A stretch of 64,000 nt of DNA from assembly GCF_009914755.1 (NCBI RefSeq), contig NC_060939.1, one strand, 5' to 3'. The notes beneath the pieces were generated by a model, which was not told the DNA's origin, did no database searches, and saw only the letters and a program-made list of their open reading frames with translations. The position numbers and the translations under genes are program-made. This DNA is from the human T2T-CHM13v2.0 reference genome, Homo sapiens. Below, in pieces: positions 37,245 to 57,620 of the stretch. Position 1 is the stretch's first letter, and each line of letters begins with the position of its first letter.

Positions 37245-37698
<454 letters not shown>

Positions 37699-37883
37699 TT
37701 ACTAGAGGATGGGAGAAAGGGGAAGTGGGAGTGATTACTTAATGCTTATGAGGTGTTTCTTTTGGGGTGTTGAAAAATTGTTAGAGGGTGCTGTTTGCAC
37801 AATATTACAAATACTCTAGCTGCCACTGAATTCTACTCTTTAAAGGAGCTAATTATATGTTATCTGAATTTCACCTCACTTTA

Positions 37884-38546
37884 TTTTTTTTTCACCACAT
37901 GAAAAGGTACTTTTATCAAACTTCGAGTCTAAGAACGTACAAATGTTTCTTTTATCATGTCTACAGTAATTGTCTATGCTTTTCCATTTAACTGTTGTTA
38001 AAAATTCCACATATCCCCATTATTTCTTCTGTCCCAGTTCCAGTACAATGACGGGGAGGAAGAGGGTTGGTTAAAGCATCCCTCTAAGCAGTTTTCTGCT
38101 GTCCCTTCTTTCCAGTCAGAGATTTGTGGATGTGAGGGATCACGCCACCCCCAGCTGTGGTAGCCTTGATAAGAGAATCCAACTCTTCATCACCACGGAC
38201 TGCAAGCTGCCAGTGACGCGGAGTGATACGCTTTGCTTTGAGACCCTTAGAAGCATTACCTGCCAGCTCCAGCACCTCTGCAGTGAGGTACCCCGGAATC
38301 GCAGCCCTGTGCACGGCAGCAGTGGCACCCACCCTTCCATGGCTTGTGGTGCGAGTCTTCAAGTGTCTGTGGATGCGGCCCACAGGAAACTGTAGCCCAG
38401 CTCTCTGTGAGCGAGATACTGCCTTAGCCTTGGCCTTCCCACTGTCCTTTCCAGCTTTGCCTCCGGCCATGTTGTCGGCGCCGACTCCGCCTCCGCGCCG
38501 CCGCGCGCCCTCCCGCTGCCGACCCGCGCCGCCGCCGCCGCTCTCC
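37884..38546 (-). pseudogene. H2AZ2: Processed H2AZ2 (H2AFV, H2A.Z.2.1) retrocopy; possibly H2AZ2P1
   Basis: Intronless; GC-rich 5'UTR; ~190-nt 3'UTR with GATAAA then poly-A; TSD TTCACC(T/C)CACTTTA at 37870-37883 and 38547-38560. Confidence 0.95.
38084..38470 (-). CDS. H2AZ2: Uninterrupted 128-aa H2A.Z.2-like ORF of the retrocopy; expression unproven
   Basis: [21 protein letters not shown]...GQQKTA; A15, T39 and A128 are H2A.Z.2-type residues; 10 substitutions. Confidence 0.45.
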   Translation of the reverse strand: MAGGKAGKDSGKAKAKAVSRSQRAGLQFPVGRIHRHLKTRTTSHGRVGATAAVHRAAIPGYLTAEVLELAGNASKGLKAKRITPRHWQLAVRGDEELDSLIKATTAGGGVIPHIHKSLTGKKGQQKTA

Positions 38547-39069
38547 TTCACCCCACTTTAAAAGAAAAGACAGAAGCCATTAAAAAATGAGAAAGCTGAG
38601 ACTTAAGGAGAGATTTGAGAAGTTTTCCCATGGTCCCTCAGGGTTGTCTGACTTTAAATACACCCTTTTAACCACCGCCCTTGGCTGCCCCGGCCGCCTC
38701 ACGAACGTAAGCAGAGCTCTCTCTGGGTTGAAGGAAGCTAGAGAATTTACATTCCCTGTATTTCCCAAGTTTTATATACTGAGCAAAAAAATATGTTCCT
38801 ATAAACTCTTGAACATTACACCACATGACTGCGAAAAAAATGATTGTCTTGTAAATACTGGACAAGAGGCACCGAAGTGTTGTCCCTGACAAATGGATGA
38901 CAAGCATTGAGTTTTCTGCCTTCTACTTTTCTGTATTATCCTGATTTAATAGTCATATTTAAAAGTTTATCATGAAAGAAAATAAGCTTGAAAACCATTT
39001 AAATTGAATAGGCTGCCTCAGATGGTCCTGAGTGCTCCTGTCATTGTAGGTGTTCAAAAGAAAACAGTC

Positions 39070-39446
<377 letters not shown>

Positions 39447-39591
39447 TTATCTGAGTCATCCAGGCCCAGTAAGTTTCTAGTCTTGGATAGCAATTCATAA
39501 CTGCCAATACCTGTAAGACAATTGCCTTGTACCAAGTTCTGTGAAAAGCATTTATATCACAAGCCTATATGATGCGTACTCTTACTGTCCC

Positions 39592-39986
39592 TGTCTTAGT
39601 CCATTTGTGCCACTATAACAAAATACCATAGGGTAATTTGTAAAGAACACAAATTTATTTCTCACAGTTCTGGAAGCTGAAAATCCAGGATGAAGGTGCT
39701 AGAGATTTAGTGTCTAGTGAAGGGCGTGGTTTCCCCTTCCAATATGGTGCCTCGTTGCTGCAACATCCAGAGAGGAACGCTGTGTCTTCATAGGGTGGAA
39801 GGCTAAAGGGTGACTGAATTGAATACTGTGTGAACTCTTTTATATAAGCACATTAATCCCATTTATAAAGGAGGAGCCCTCATGGCCTATTCACCACTTA
39901 AAAGCCCCACCTCTTGATACTATCACTTTATTGGCCATTAAGTTTCAACACCTGAATTTTGGAGGGGAAACATTCAAAATACAGCA
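39592..39986 (-). mobile_element. MST/MLT1A-like MaLR LTR
   Basis: TGTCTTAGTCCATTTGTGCC...AACATTCAAAATACAGCA; TSD GTCCC/ATCCC. Confidence 0.8.
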
Positions 39987-40668
39987 ATCCCTGTTTTTAC
40001 ATGAAGACACTGAAATGAAAAAATCTTCAACTTGACCAATGTCACATAGCTACATGTCAGGCCAGATCTGCTTTACCACAGAGCCCATGCTCCTAATACC
40101 TGCAGTGCCCTTCACCACTGTAATAGATGCCACATAGCACACCAGTGCATGTGAGAAAGAGTGCTCAGTGATGACAGTATGGTACAGTGCAAGGAGCACA
40201 GGTTGGGAAACAGGAATGTTCCTCCAAGGACTGTTACCAACTGGTTTTGTGACCATGAACCCTTCTTATCTCTAAAATGCAATTTCCTTTACTATAAAAT
40301 GCAGGAAAAGTCAAATTTAGCTCTAAGGATTCACTCTCCTACAGCTGTTATTGTAAATTCTCTCAAATTACCATGGCTGTTATGTTTGGATTCCTGACAA
40401 ACCACTTTACTTCTCCAGGATAAAAGTGACAAGATTTCTTACCAGAACCAGAACCCAGTAACCCTCTACTTGGAGAAAAAAGAGAGTATACTCTGAAGTA
40501 TCACTCATTATCTTAAGAAAATAAATTTCTTCAGTGGAACTTGGTTCTCAAAGACAGTTAATTTCTCTCTCCTTAAAGAAACCCAATTAAAATAATAAGA
40601 GAAATATAAAAAATATAAGCACAAAACAAAAATGAAAATAAATTAGAGACCATCAAGAGATGTCAGAT

Positions 40669-40982
<314 letters not shown>

Positions 40983-41315
40983 TCAGCAAGTTTCTAGAAG
41001 ACATAAAAAAGTAGATGAAAAGGCATCAAAAGATAACATGGAAAATGCCACCATCTTTAGTATTCCTATAGATGGCCTCAAAGATCAGCAAGAGCTGGAC
41101 AGCAAAATTAAAGAGGCCAATCATGGAGATACCAGGTATTTTCACCCCCTTCCCATTATATTTTCATCCCCTTCCCATTAAGTCAAACAAGTGTAAAATT
41201 CACCCATAGGCAAAATATCAGAAGAGCTCTGCTCTAAGGTAGAACAAAATGCCAGGAAATAATAAAGGAGTTAGTTGTGTCTGTTGGCCCAGTGATGAGC
41301 CCCATTTATGTATAA

Positions 41316-44580
<3,265 letters not shown>

Positions 44581-44591
44581 TCTGGTCTATC

Positions 44592-44897
44592 TTTTTTTTT
44601 TTTTTTTGAGATAGGGTTTCACTCTGTCACCCAGGCTGGAGTGCAGTGGTATAAACACAACATACAGCTCACTGCAGCCTCAATCTTCTGGGCTTAAGCG
44701 ATTCTCCCACCTCAGCCTCCCAAGTAGCTGAGACTACAGGTGTGTGCCACCATGCCCAACTAATTTTTTTATTTTTTTGTAGAGACGAGGTTTCACCATT
44801 TTGCCCAGGCTGGTCTCAAATGCCTGGGCTTAGGCAATCCTCCCACCTCAGCCTCCCAAAATGCTGGGATTACAGGCATGAGCCACCATGCCCAGTC
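44592..44897 (-). mobile_element. AluJ
   Basis: Reverse diverged Alu. Confidence 0.85.
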
Positions 44898-46074
44898 TGG
44901 TCTTCATTCTTAAATAGGAATGGACAACCAATGGTTACTGACATTTGAGAAAGCCTTGCAGCTACAATAATAAAAACTAAATTAAAAACTGAAAAATACA
45001 TTCTGGAATTATATAGAAAGAAATGTAATCTTACACACAGCCAGATTTTTTAATGAGCAGTCTTTATATAGTCCTAGTAGTATAAATGTTATTTTTTAAT
45101 TTTACTCTTTTGTAATCAACCTACTGACATAGCCCAAAGACCTAATTTTGGCTACAGAGATTAATTTAAATATTAATCCTTGATAACTTAAAAATGAATG
45201 TACAACTGACAGAAGTTAGATGGTAGAAGGGAGATAAGACGGGAGAAGGAAAGAATATAGGTGCTGATATCCTTTTTTACAAAACAAAGAGATCACTGCC
45301 AAGTAACAATGGAATCTGCAATAAATATCGAAGTATATTACTGAAAGTTAGAAAGTTTATGTGTTGCAGAATTTAAAATGATGATAATTACCAACTGTTA
45401 AAAACTGAATGAGGTGGAGATACAGGTTAACATGTACTGCTATACATGTATATTGGAATTAAATAAGTAAATGGACAAGAGATCATGGGAGTCAGGTTTC
45501 TTATTCTTGGGGTTGGAGGCCAGAGATAATCGAGGGCAAGTGGCGAGAATGCTCCATGTGGCGATGGATTAGAGTTGCTTACTTAAGCATAAACTCATGT
45601 TTTGCTTAATATAGATACAGTGATTACATATAAAGATACGCATGTATCACAAGTTAGTAAATATACATGAATCTTCTTGCTCTGTCAGCTGAGACAGCCT
45701 AGAAGCAACCACATTCCAGTAGCAATGAGCACACCTAGTGCCCAGATCTTGGATCTTGATTTCTAACACCATTCTCCAAAGAACCAGAGAAATGGCTGAT
45801 TCTAAGACTGGGAAAGAAAATATACAAGTAAGTTTGGAGCATCACCAGAAAGTAAGAAAGTGCTCAAAAAAAAAAATTCACAGTGATGGGAGTATCAAAG
45901 GAACCAACTGAAAGATTTCAAGATTTCCCAATGGCCAAGGCTGGAAGAATTTGAGCAAAAAAAAAAAAAGGTATTAAATTATAGCCCAAAGTACAAAATA
46001 AATATCCATTAATCCTGACTGATAGAAATAAATGATTGAATAAATGAATTAACGACAGAGAAAAGTCTCCTGTT

Positions 46075-46380
46075 GGCCAGGCGCGGTGGCTCACGCCTGT
46101 AATCCCAGCACTTCAGCAGGCTGAGATGTGTGGATCACCTGAGGTCAGGAGTTCGAGACCAGCTAGGCCAACATGGTGAAACCACGTCTCCACTAAAAAT
46201 ACAAAAATTAGCCAGGCGTGGTGGCACGTTCCTGTAATCCCAGCTCCTTGGGAGGCTGAGGCAGGAGAATCACTTGAACCCAGGAGGCGGAGGTTGAAGT
46301 AAGCTGAGATCGGATCGCACCACTGCACTCCAGCCTGGGCCACAGAGCTAGATTCCACCTCAAAAAAAAAAAAAAAAAAA
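46075..46380 (+). mobile_element. AluS
   Basis: TSD AAAGTCTCCT. Confidence 0.9.
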
Positions 46381-46774
46381 GGAAAGTCTCCTCCTGTGCA
46401 AAAAAGCTCCAAATAAATTCTGTAGTATTCCAACCTAAAGAAGGTGAGGCATAACTCCTACTCCTTAATTATGGGCTGTGCTTAGTGACTTCCTTCCAAA
46501 GAAGGAGAATTGCTTGAACCCGGGAGACGGAGGTTCTGTGAGCCATGACCATGCCACTATTGGGCACATACTAACATTTACTGGGCAGTTCCTTACTGCT
46601 AGGCATCAAATACTTTACAGAATAAACTCAGTTAATCCTTACATCCACCCTGTAAATTGGTATTACCATTAACTCCAGGCTACAGATGGGTAAACTGAGA
46701 GAGGCTGAGTGCCACTAATCCTCCTTCTCACAGTTGGGAAGTGGTGGACCTGGGCTTCAAGAATGTGCCCACTT

Positions 46775-47078
46775 GGTCGGGCATGGTGGCTCTCACCTGT
46801 AATCGCAGCACTTTGGGTGGCTGAGGCCAGGGGATCACTTCCGATCAAGTGTTCAAGACCAGCCTGGCCAACATGGTATAACCCCATCTCTACCAAAAAC
46901 TACAAAAATTAGCAGGGCGTGGTGGAGCATGCCTGCAGTCCCAGCTGCTAGGGAGGTTGAGGTGGCAGAATTGCTTGAACCTGGAGGTGGAGGTTGTTGT
47001 GAGCCGAGATCACGCCACTGCACTCCAGCCTGAGTGACAGAATGAGACCTTGTCTCAAAAAAAAAAAAAAAAAAAAAA
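46775..47078 (+). mobile_element. AluS/J
   Basis: Dimeric Alu; degenerate TSD ..GTGC(C/A)C(A/C)CTT. Confidence 0.88.
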
Positions 47079-47533
47079 AGTGCACCCTTAACTTCCATTC
47101 CCATCTGCCTGTCAATAGTTGTTATTTCATAATCAGAAAATATGTTTTAAAAACCCCTTATCATCTACCCTGTGCTTCCTACAGTTGAAATTCAGAAATG
47201 TTGATATTTTAGCATTTGAATGTGGCTCTTAGGGTAAAGTGCCTCACCTAATGGTAGAAGTGAAGCATTATTTAAGATTATGGTTTTTGTATTTCTTGGC
47301 TTTGTAGGCAAACCTGAGTTCCAGCTACAAGGTGCTGTCTGCAGTTTGCCCATCTGGAGCTTTGCTTGGTTTTGCAATGGGAGGCTTATAAACAGACACA
47401 TCAAGTGCCTGATACTCAATCCATGGCAGCTCTTATTAATATGAAAATCTCATTTGCAGAAGGCTTTTTCTACACAATTGAATTGGCCCAGTGAAGTAAT
47501 CCTATTAAAAACAAAAACCTTTCTCAAGAGGCC

Positions 47534-47569
47534 CCGGAAGAGTTGTGTGTTATTTGCATAGATTTGCAT
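47534..47569. promoter_or_regulatory. Tandem octamer (POU) sites plus an ETS site
   Basis: ATTTGCAT at 47552-47559 and 47562-47569; CCGGAAG at 47534-47540. Confidence 0.4.
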
Positions 47570-48159
47570 ATCAATTCATAGCTGGTGAAATTCCTCATTA
47601 AGGAGTGAATTTCTCCAAGCTGCTGAAGCCCAAGAAGGCAAATATTTTGAGCCAATTAATTTTATAGATCAGGAAAAGTCTCGCTCTCCCTGCTACCTAC
47701 CTCTCCCCTCCAAAAAAAAGTAAATAAGACTTCACCCCAAACCCAGGTTTTACTTGGTAATTCTAACTGGAGAGTGGGGGTGGAAGGGCAGGTAGGTCTA
47801 CCTGGATGTTCATTGGTTGGAGAGTCTGAAGGAAGGAGGCAAGAAACACTTAAAGCCAGGAGCCAGCCCCAATCCAGAGTCTGCATCCCTCTCTGAGAAT
47901 CAGATCCTCCGAATGAAGCCCAGACCAAGGGCTTCTCCAGCACCTTCTCTCCTCTCTACATCCTTATTTGAGTCCTCTCACCCGACATCCACATTTCCTT
48001 TAGTTCCATCCTTCTTGTCCCTGACACTTTTTCCCTCACCTTCAGTGCCTCCACTTGTAAAATGGGAATAATAATAACTAATAATCCTACCTCTAGGATT
48101 AAGGAGAGGAGGAGAGGCCTAGCACTTAATGTAGACTGAATAACCAAGAAATGTTAGCT

Positions 48160-49290
<1,131 letters not shown>

Positions 49291-49792
49291 CACATTGTTG
49301 ATGGACAATCTCATCCACTTCATCTATGGCCCTGAGAATTCTCCCAAGACAAGATCACAGATATTTTTTCAAAACACTGACCTGAACATGTCATCATCTC
49401 TCTCTGTTAAAGCCTCTAAGACCTCCATTACCTATAGAAAAAAATTCAAATTCCCTAGGTTGACATTGGAGACCCTTCACAAATCGTACTCTACCTCTCC
49501 AGCCTGACTTCTAGCCGGCAAGCACACATGTGCACATACCTCCTACCACAAATTCACAGACACTGTCACACAAGTAAAAACACACACATTCAAACATTTA
49601 CGTGCTGTTGACTGCCAACTTCCCAGAAAGACCACCAGAATAACCCATGCATCAAACAAAGCCATGACTTTTTTTTACCAAACTGCTGTCAAGGACAGCA
49701 AATTAACCCTGACCAGGCCATAGGAGTGTCTCAGAAGGGGGAGACAAGTGACAGATACCTACTGGGTTTTAGTGTTCGAATTCAAGTGGTTT

Positions 49793-50078
49793 GGCCGGGC
49801 ACAGTGGCTCACGCCTGTAATCCTAGCACTTTGGAAGGCCGAGGTGGGTGGGTCACCTGAGGTCAGGAGTTCGAGACCAGCCTAGCCAACATGGTGAAAC
49901 CTCGTCTCTACCAAAAATACAAAAATTAGGCGGGGGTGGTGCGTGCCTGTAATCCCAACTCCTCGGGAGGCTGGGGCAGGAGAATTGCTTGAATCTGGGA
50001 GATGGAGGTTGCAGTGAGCCAAGATTATGCCACTGCACAGCAGCCTGGGGGACAGAGCGAGACTCTGTCTCAAAAAAA
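49793..50078 (+). mobile_element. AluS
   Basis: TSD AATTCAAGTGGTTT. Confidence 0.92.
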
Positions 50079-50528
50079 ATTCAAGTGGTTTAAGGTAGGT
50101 CTTTGAATGTGGGGAACTGACTACAGTTGGGCAAAGTTCGTGATGTTCTAGTTTAGAATGAAGGGCCACAATGGGGCAAGAGCCATAAAGCAAGTCTTGA
50201 TTAGGATGCAATTGTTTGGCAAGTAAACCTTCTTCCCAGGTGAGCATCCAACTGTCCTGAGAAGGGGGCCTACATGCCCAAATATGCAACATCTTGTTTA
50301 AATAGGTTTTCAAGAATTTCCAAAGCAAACAGTGAGGTATTTACTGGTTTACAGTTTTATCTTCTCAGGCAAGAATGTTCTGGAATAAATGGTCATGTTG
50401 ACACAGGTGGTTTCAGTCTTCAGTCCTGATAACTAAGCCACGGGGACCTCTGTCCTCAACACACACAGTCACTCTCTCGCCCACATCAGCCAGACTCTGA
50501 GTGACCTTCGTCTTCCCCAGTCTCCACC

Positions 50529-50888
50529 TTTTTTTTTTTTTTTTGGAGACAGAGTCTCACTCCGTCACCCAGGCTGGAGTGCAGTGGCACAATCTCGGCT
50601 CATTGCAACCTCCACCTCCTGTGTTCAAGAGATTCTCGTGCCTCAGCCTCCTGAGTGAGTAGCTGGGATTACAGGTGCACGCCACCACACCCAGCTAATT
50701 TTTTTTTTATTTTTAGTAGAGACAGAGTTTCGCCATGTTGACCAGGCTGGTCTTGAATTTTTGTATTTTTAGTAGAGACGGAATTTCGCCATCTTGGCCA
50801 GGGTGGTCTCCAACTCCTGACCTCAAGTGATCCACCCACCTCGGCCTCCCAAAGTGTTGGGATTACAGGCTTGAGCCACTGCACCCAG
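50529..50888 (-). mobile_element. AluS with an internal tandem duplication
   Basis: Two successive TATTTTTAGTAGAGAC...TGGTCT units. Confidence 0.88.
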
Positions 50889-51000
50889 TGTAGTCTCTGC
50901 ATTTTCATATCCTCACCCTCTGCCGTAACAATGCCTGTTTTCTTCCAATATAAATGTAATGCGTGCTCATCGCTGAAAAGTCTGAGAATAGAAAGGTTGG

Positions 51001-51814
<814 letters not shown>

Positions 51815-52340
51815 GGGGTATAAGAGACCTAACTCTTCATCTGGTTTACAAAGAAGGAGATAATGTCTAAAATCATCATTCAAGAAATGGCAACATAAGC
51901 ACATTATTTTGACCGGGGGAAATATATTACAGGCTTGAACAGGGTTCCCCAGGAGAGCAGGAAGAAGCAGGGCAGTGGACAGCTTTTTTTCACACTTAAA
52001 ACTTGTAATACCTCTTGGCTCTGAATTATTTTTGTTTCTTTGAAAACACAAAACTAAAAAGAAAATCACTCATGTGTTTTTTCTTGCTTATTCTTTTCTG
52101 CACTTACATAGAAAAAAATTTTTTATTTCAAATAAATGAAAATTCCTGTTACCAAATGATAGAGTTAACACATTGGTACATTCTTTGCTCACATTTTTTT
52201 AAGTTGATCCTATTGTACATCCAACAGGAAAATCAGTTTCAGTCCACCTAACTTCATAATACAAACATATCTCTGTTTTATCTTTGAATTGTAATAGACA
52301 TTTTTATTGGCTACATAAAATTTTATCAAGAAAAATATCT

Positions 52341-52800
52341 GGCAGGTCATAGTGGCTCACACCTGTAATCCCAGAATTCTGGGAGGTCGAGGCAGGTGGA
52401 TCACTTGAGGTCAGGAGTTTGAGACCAGCCTAGCCAACATGGTGAAACCCCAACTCTACCAAAAATACAAAAATTAGCCAGGTGTGGTGGTGTGTACCTG
52501 TAGTCCCAGCTACTCAGGAGGCTGAGACAGGAGAATTGCTTGAACCAGGGAGGTGGAGGTTGCAGTAGGCCGAGATTGTGGCCACTGCACTCCAGCCTGG
52601 ACAACAGAGCGAGACTCCGTCTGAAAAATAAATAAATAAATAATCCATCATTTACTTAAACTGGTTCCCCCCGGGCACTGTGACTCACACCTATAATCCC
52701 AACACTTTGGGAGGCCAAGGCAGGAGGATTACTTGAGTCCAGGAGTTCGAGACCAACCTGAACAACATAGCCAGATCTAATCTCTAAAAAAAAAAAAAAA
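52341..52800 (+). mobile_element. AluS (52341-52642) and an Alu left monomer (52668-52800)
   Basis: Alu consensus matches. Confidence 0.85.
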
Positions 52801-53224
52801 GAAGTTGAAATCGTTCCTATTTTTTCACATTACAGATAATGCTGAAATAAATGTCTTTAGGAAGAGGTTTTCTTCATTTGTTGTGTGTGTACTATTACTT
52901 CCTTGAAATGAATACCAATTTCTAGGAGGTTATATTACAGGAGTATGAAAGTTTGGAAGACTTTGGGTACATTCACCAAATTTTATTCTGGGGATGGGGA
53001 AGGTGCCCTAACACCAAATCATATAAAATGCACACCCTGTTGGTGTTTCTTCTGAACCTTCCTGTCTTAATGAAAGCCGGTGTAATAGGATATTGAATAG
53101 GCTTTTCCTGCTGCCCCCAGAATGTCACCTATACTCCTAAAGCAGAGGACTTTCAGATTACTCACAGGGCTTATTAAAAAGTACACAAACAAAAAAAAAA
53201 AAAAAAAAAAAAGTACACAAACTA

Positions 53225-53878
<654 letters not shown>

Positions 53879-53993
53879 TTCAGTGTCAGAAGTGAAGATG
53901 TAAACTAAAACTCCAGTGCACCAGGTGACCAGTTCAGGTATCCACGAATCCAACTGCATTCAGTGCCCTCTTGTTGGTAACTGGAGGCCATGA

Positions 53994-54309
<316 letters not shown>

Positions 54310-54707
54310 TGATGTGTGGCTTTTCTCTTAAATTCCAAGTTCCACTAAATTGTGCTTTGAGCTAAGTTGATTTGAGCAATATTTAGACTGATCTGAGTCC
54401 AAGATCAGATTGAATTTGACAATTAACTGGATTAGATTCAGCTGGAAGACTCAGGCCTTAGTGCTTTTCTGATAACGAGTTCATCTCAGTCCAAGGAGTC
54501 TGGGACTCCACCTTCTAGGACTCCAGATAATTTTATTATAAAAATTATGGGCCCAGAACATGTGCATTTTCAGAAAAGTTGGTTAACCTTACTAGAGACA
54601 ACTTCGAATTAACAATGGGGAAGTTTTAATTTGGATCAAATTGTTTATTTGCAAGGCACATGTTTTAAGAGAATCAAAAATCCTGCAAAAACAATAGGAT
54701 GTATTCT

Positions 54708-54865
54708 CTTTTTTTATTTTAAATTCCGAGATACATGTGCAGGATGTGCAGGTTTGTTACATAGGTAAATGTGTGCCATGATGGTTTGCTGCACCTATCA
54801 ACCTATCACTTAGGTATTAAGCTCCACATGCATTAGCTATTTATCCTGATGCTCTCTCTTTCTCC
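54708..54865 (-). mobile_element. Short L1PA 3' end
   Basis: GATACATGTGCAGGATGTGCAGGTTTGTTACATAGG; TSD AGGA(T/C)GTATTCT. Confidence 0.85.
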
Positions 54866-54930
54866 AGGACGTATTCTTTAATTGGCTTGTGGAGGTACCT
54901 AAAAGGCTACATGAATTTAAAATTGCTTCC

Positions 54931-55522
<592 letters not shown>

Positions 55523-56478
55523 GACCTTTTTGCTTCATTACTCTTTTACCCTGAAGATGATGAAAACAAAGAAGTTAGACAGATGTCTTCTTGCTGTAAC
55601 CACCTTCACTCCATGGCTTAAAATGGAGCTAAAAGCCATTGTAAAAGACTTCCCTAGCCCACAGGAAAATCCTCAGAAATTTACTGAAGAATTTAGAATT
55701 CTCCTAGGAGCTTACAATTCACGATTCCCTGACCTTTACCAACTTATTCACATGATATTGGGGCCTGACAAAGCTTGAAAATGGCTGGTGGTAGCACAAT
55801 GCGACAGACCTGAGAAGAATATTAAAGACTCCCCCAAAACCTCCTCATGAGAAGGGCTAAAAGGAACTAGAAGAATTGCTGACAACCTTTTAAGTTCAAT
55901 TCCTAAGATTTTTCCACCAAAAAAAAAAATTGATTGGTCCATCATACAATCCTGCAGACAAAAACAGGATGAACCAGTTTCAGATGAAAGAACTCGCTTA
56001 GAAACATTGTGAAACATTCTGGGCTGAAAGTACAGCAAGGAGTATTTCCTGCAGGGACTGAAATGGCATTAACCTGTCTTTATAAATGGACCCCATTCTG
56101 AACTTAACAGTTTAATTTTAAAAAAAAACATAAACCGGAATGGGAAGTTACAGATATGGTTGAATTGGTGGCCTTAACTGAACATTTTGAGAAGACTCTA
56201 GTGTAAGAAATAAAGCCAAAAGGCTAATAAGCTTATATCTCTCCAATTACAACAGTTACGGGGGCCCAGACCGAAAGGATCTTCTCGTTTTTAATTTAAA
56301 TCACAACCAAGAGGTCCTAAAACAAGAAATTATTTACTCTAAGCTGTCTGCCTTCATTACAAACCACAGGGGAATGCCACAGGGGTTTACTAAAGCCTTC
56401 CTTACTTTGGGGAAACTGGAAAAAAGATTGTCCACTTTTATGTCAGTCCACCAATAAGCCTCCTCCCTTTGTGATATG

Positions 56479-56817
56479 TGATATGGTTTGGCTGTGTCCC
56501 CACACAAATCTCATCTTGAATTCTCACATGTTGTGGGAGGGACCCAGTGGGAGGTAATTGAATCATGAGGGCAAGTCTTTCCCGTGCTGTTCTCATAATA
56601 GTGAATAAGTCTCACAAGATCTGATGGTTTTATAAAGAGGAGGTTCCCTGCACAAGTTCTCTCCTTTTGCCTGCCGCCATCCATGACTTGCTCCCCCTTG
56701 CCTTCTGCCATGGTTGTGAGGCCTCCTCAGCCATGCAGAACTGTAAATCCATTAAACCTCTTTTTCATCCCAGTCTCGGTTATGTATTTATCAGCAACAT
56801 GAAAATGGACTAATACA
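56479..56817 (+). mobile_element. THE1-like MaLR LTR
   Basis: TGATATGGTTTGGCTGTGTCCCCAC...GGACTAATACA. Confidence 0.9.
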
Positions 56818-56965
56818 GTCTATTTCACCTCCAATGAAAGCACATGATATTTTAGTTCTCGTGATGATAGTCAACATGAATGAGGCTCCGAGAGATTCTC
56901 CAATTTTGTAAAATGCTTAAATAAACATGGAGAAACAAGAGTTAAAATAAATAAACAAATGGAGA

Positions 56966-57620
56966 GGCAGGTCATGGTGGCTCACACCTGTAGTCCCAGC
57001 GCTTTGGAAAGCCAAGGCGGGCAGAGAACCTGAGCCCATGAGTTTGAGACCAGACTGGGCAATAAGGCAAAATCCCATCTCTACCAAAATAATAATAATA
57101 ATAATAATAATAATACAAAAATTAGCCAGGCATGGTGGTGTGTGCCTGTAGTCCTAGCTATTGGTGAGACTAAGGTGGTAGAATCTCTTGAGCCCAGGAG
57201 ACAGAGATTGTAGTGAGCTGAGATTGTGCCCTTGCATTCCAGCCTGGGTGATGGAGCAAGACCCTGTCTCAAAAAAATAATAATTTTTTTTTTAAATGAA
57301 GAATCTTGCTGGGCATGGTGGCTCACCCTGGTAATCTCAGCACTTTTGGGAGGCGAGGTAGGTGGATCACGAGGTCAGGAGTTTGAGACTGGCCTGGCCA
57401 ATATGGTAAAACCCCGTCTCTACTAAAAATACAAAAAATTTAGCTGGGTGCAGTGCTGCGCGCCTGTAGTCCCAGCTGCTCAGGAGGTTGAGGCAGGAGA
57501 ATCACTTGAACCCAGGAGGCGGATGTTACGGTGAGCCGAGATTGCCCCACTGCACTCCAGCCTGGGCGACAGAGCAAGACTCCATCTCAAAAAAAAAAAA
57601 AAAGAAGAAGAAGAAGAAGA
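56966..57620 (+). mobile_element. AluJ (56966-57280) and AluS (57308-57620) with a (GAA)n tail
   Basis: Two dimeric Alus; TSD GAAGAATCTT around the second. Confidence 0.88.

Noticed and set aside
38525-38541. Short (CCG)n tract
   Set aside because: About 5 units, consistent with inheritance from the GC-rich parent 5'UTR; not an expansion.
38471-38551. 27-aa N-terminal extension of the H2A.Z-like ORF in the ORF track
   Set aside because: It starts at a GTG inside the TSD and only translates the copied 5'UTR; the true ATG is at 38470.
49607-50430. Possible additional LTR remnant around the Alu at 49793
   Set aside because: It looks LTR-like, but I cannot assign a family or boundaries by eye.
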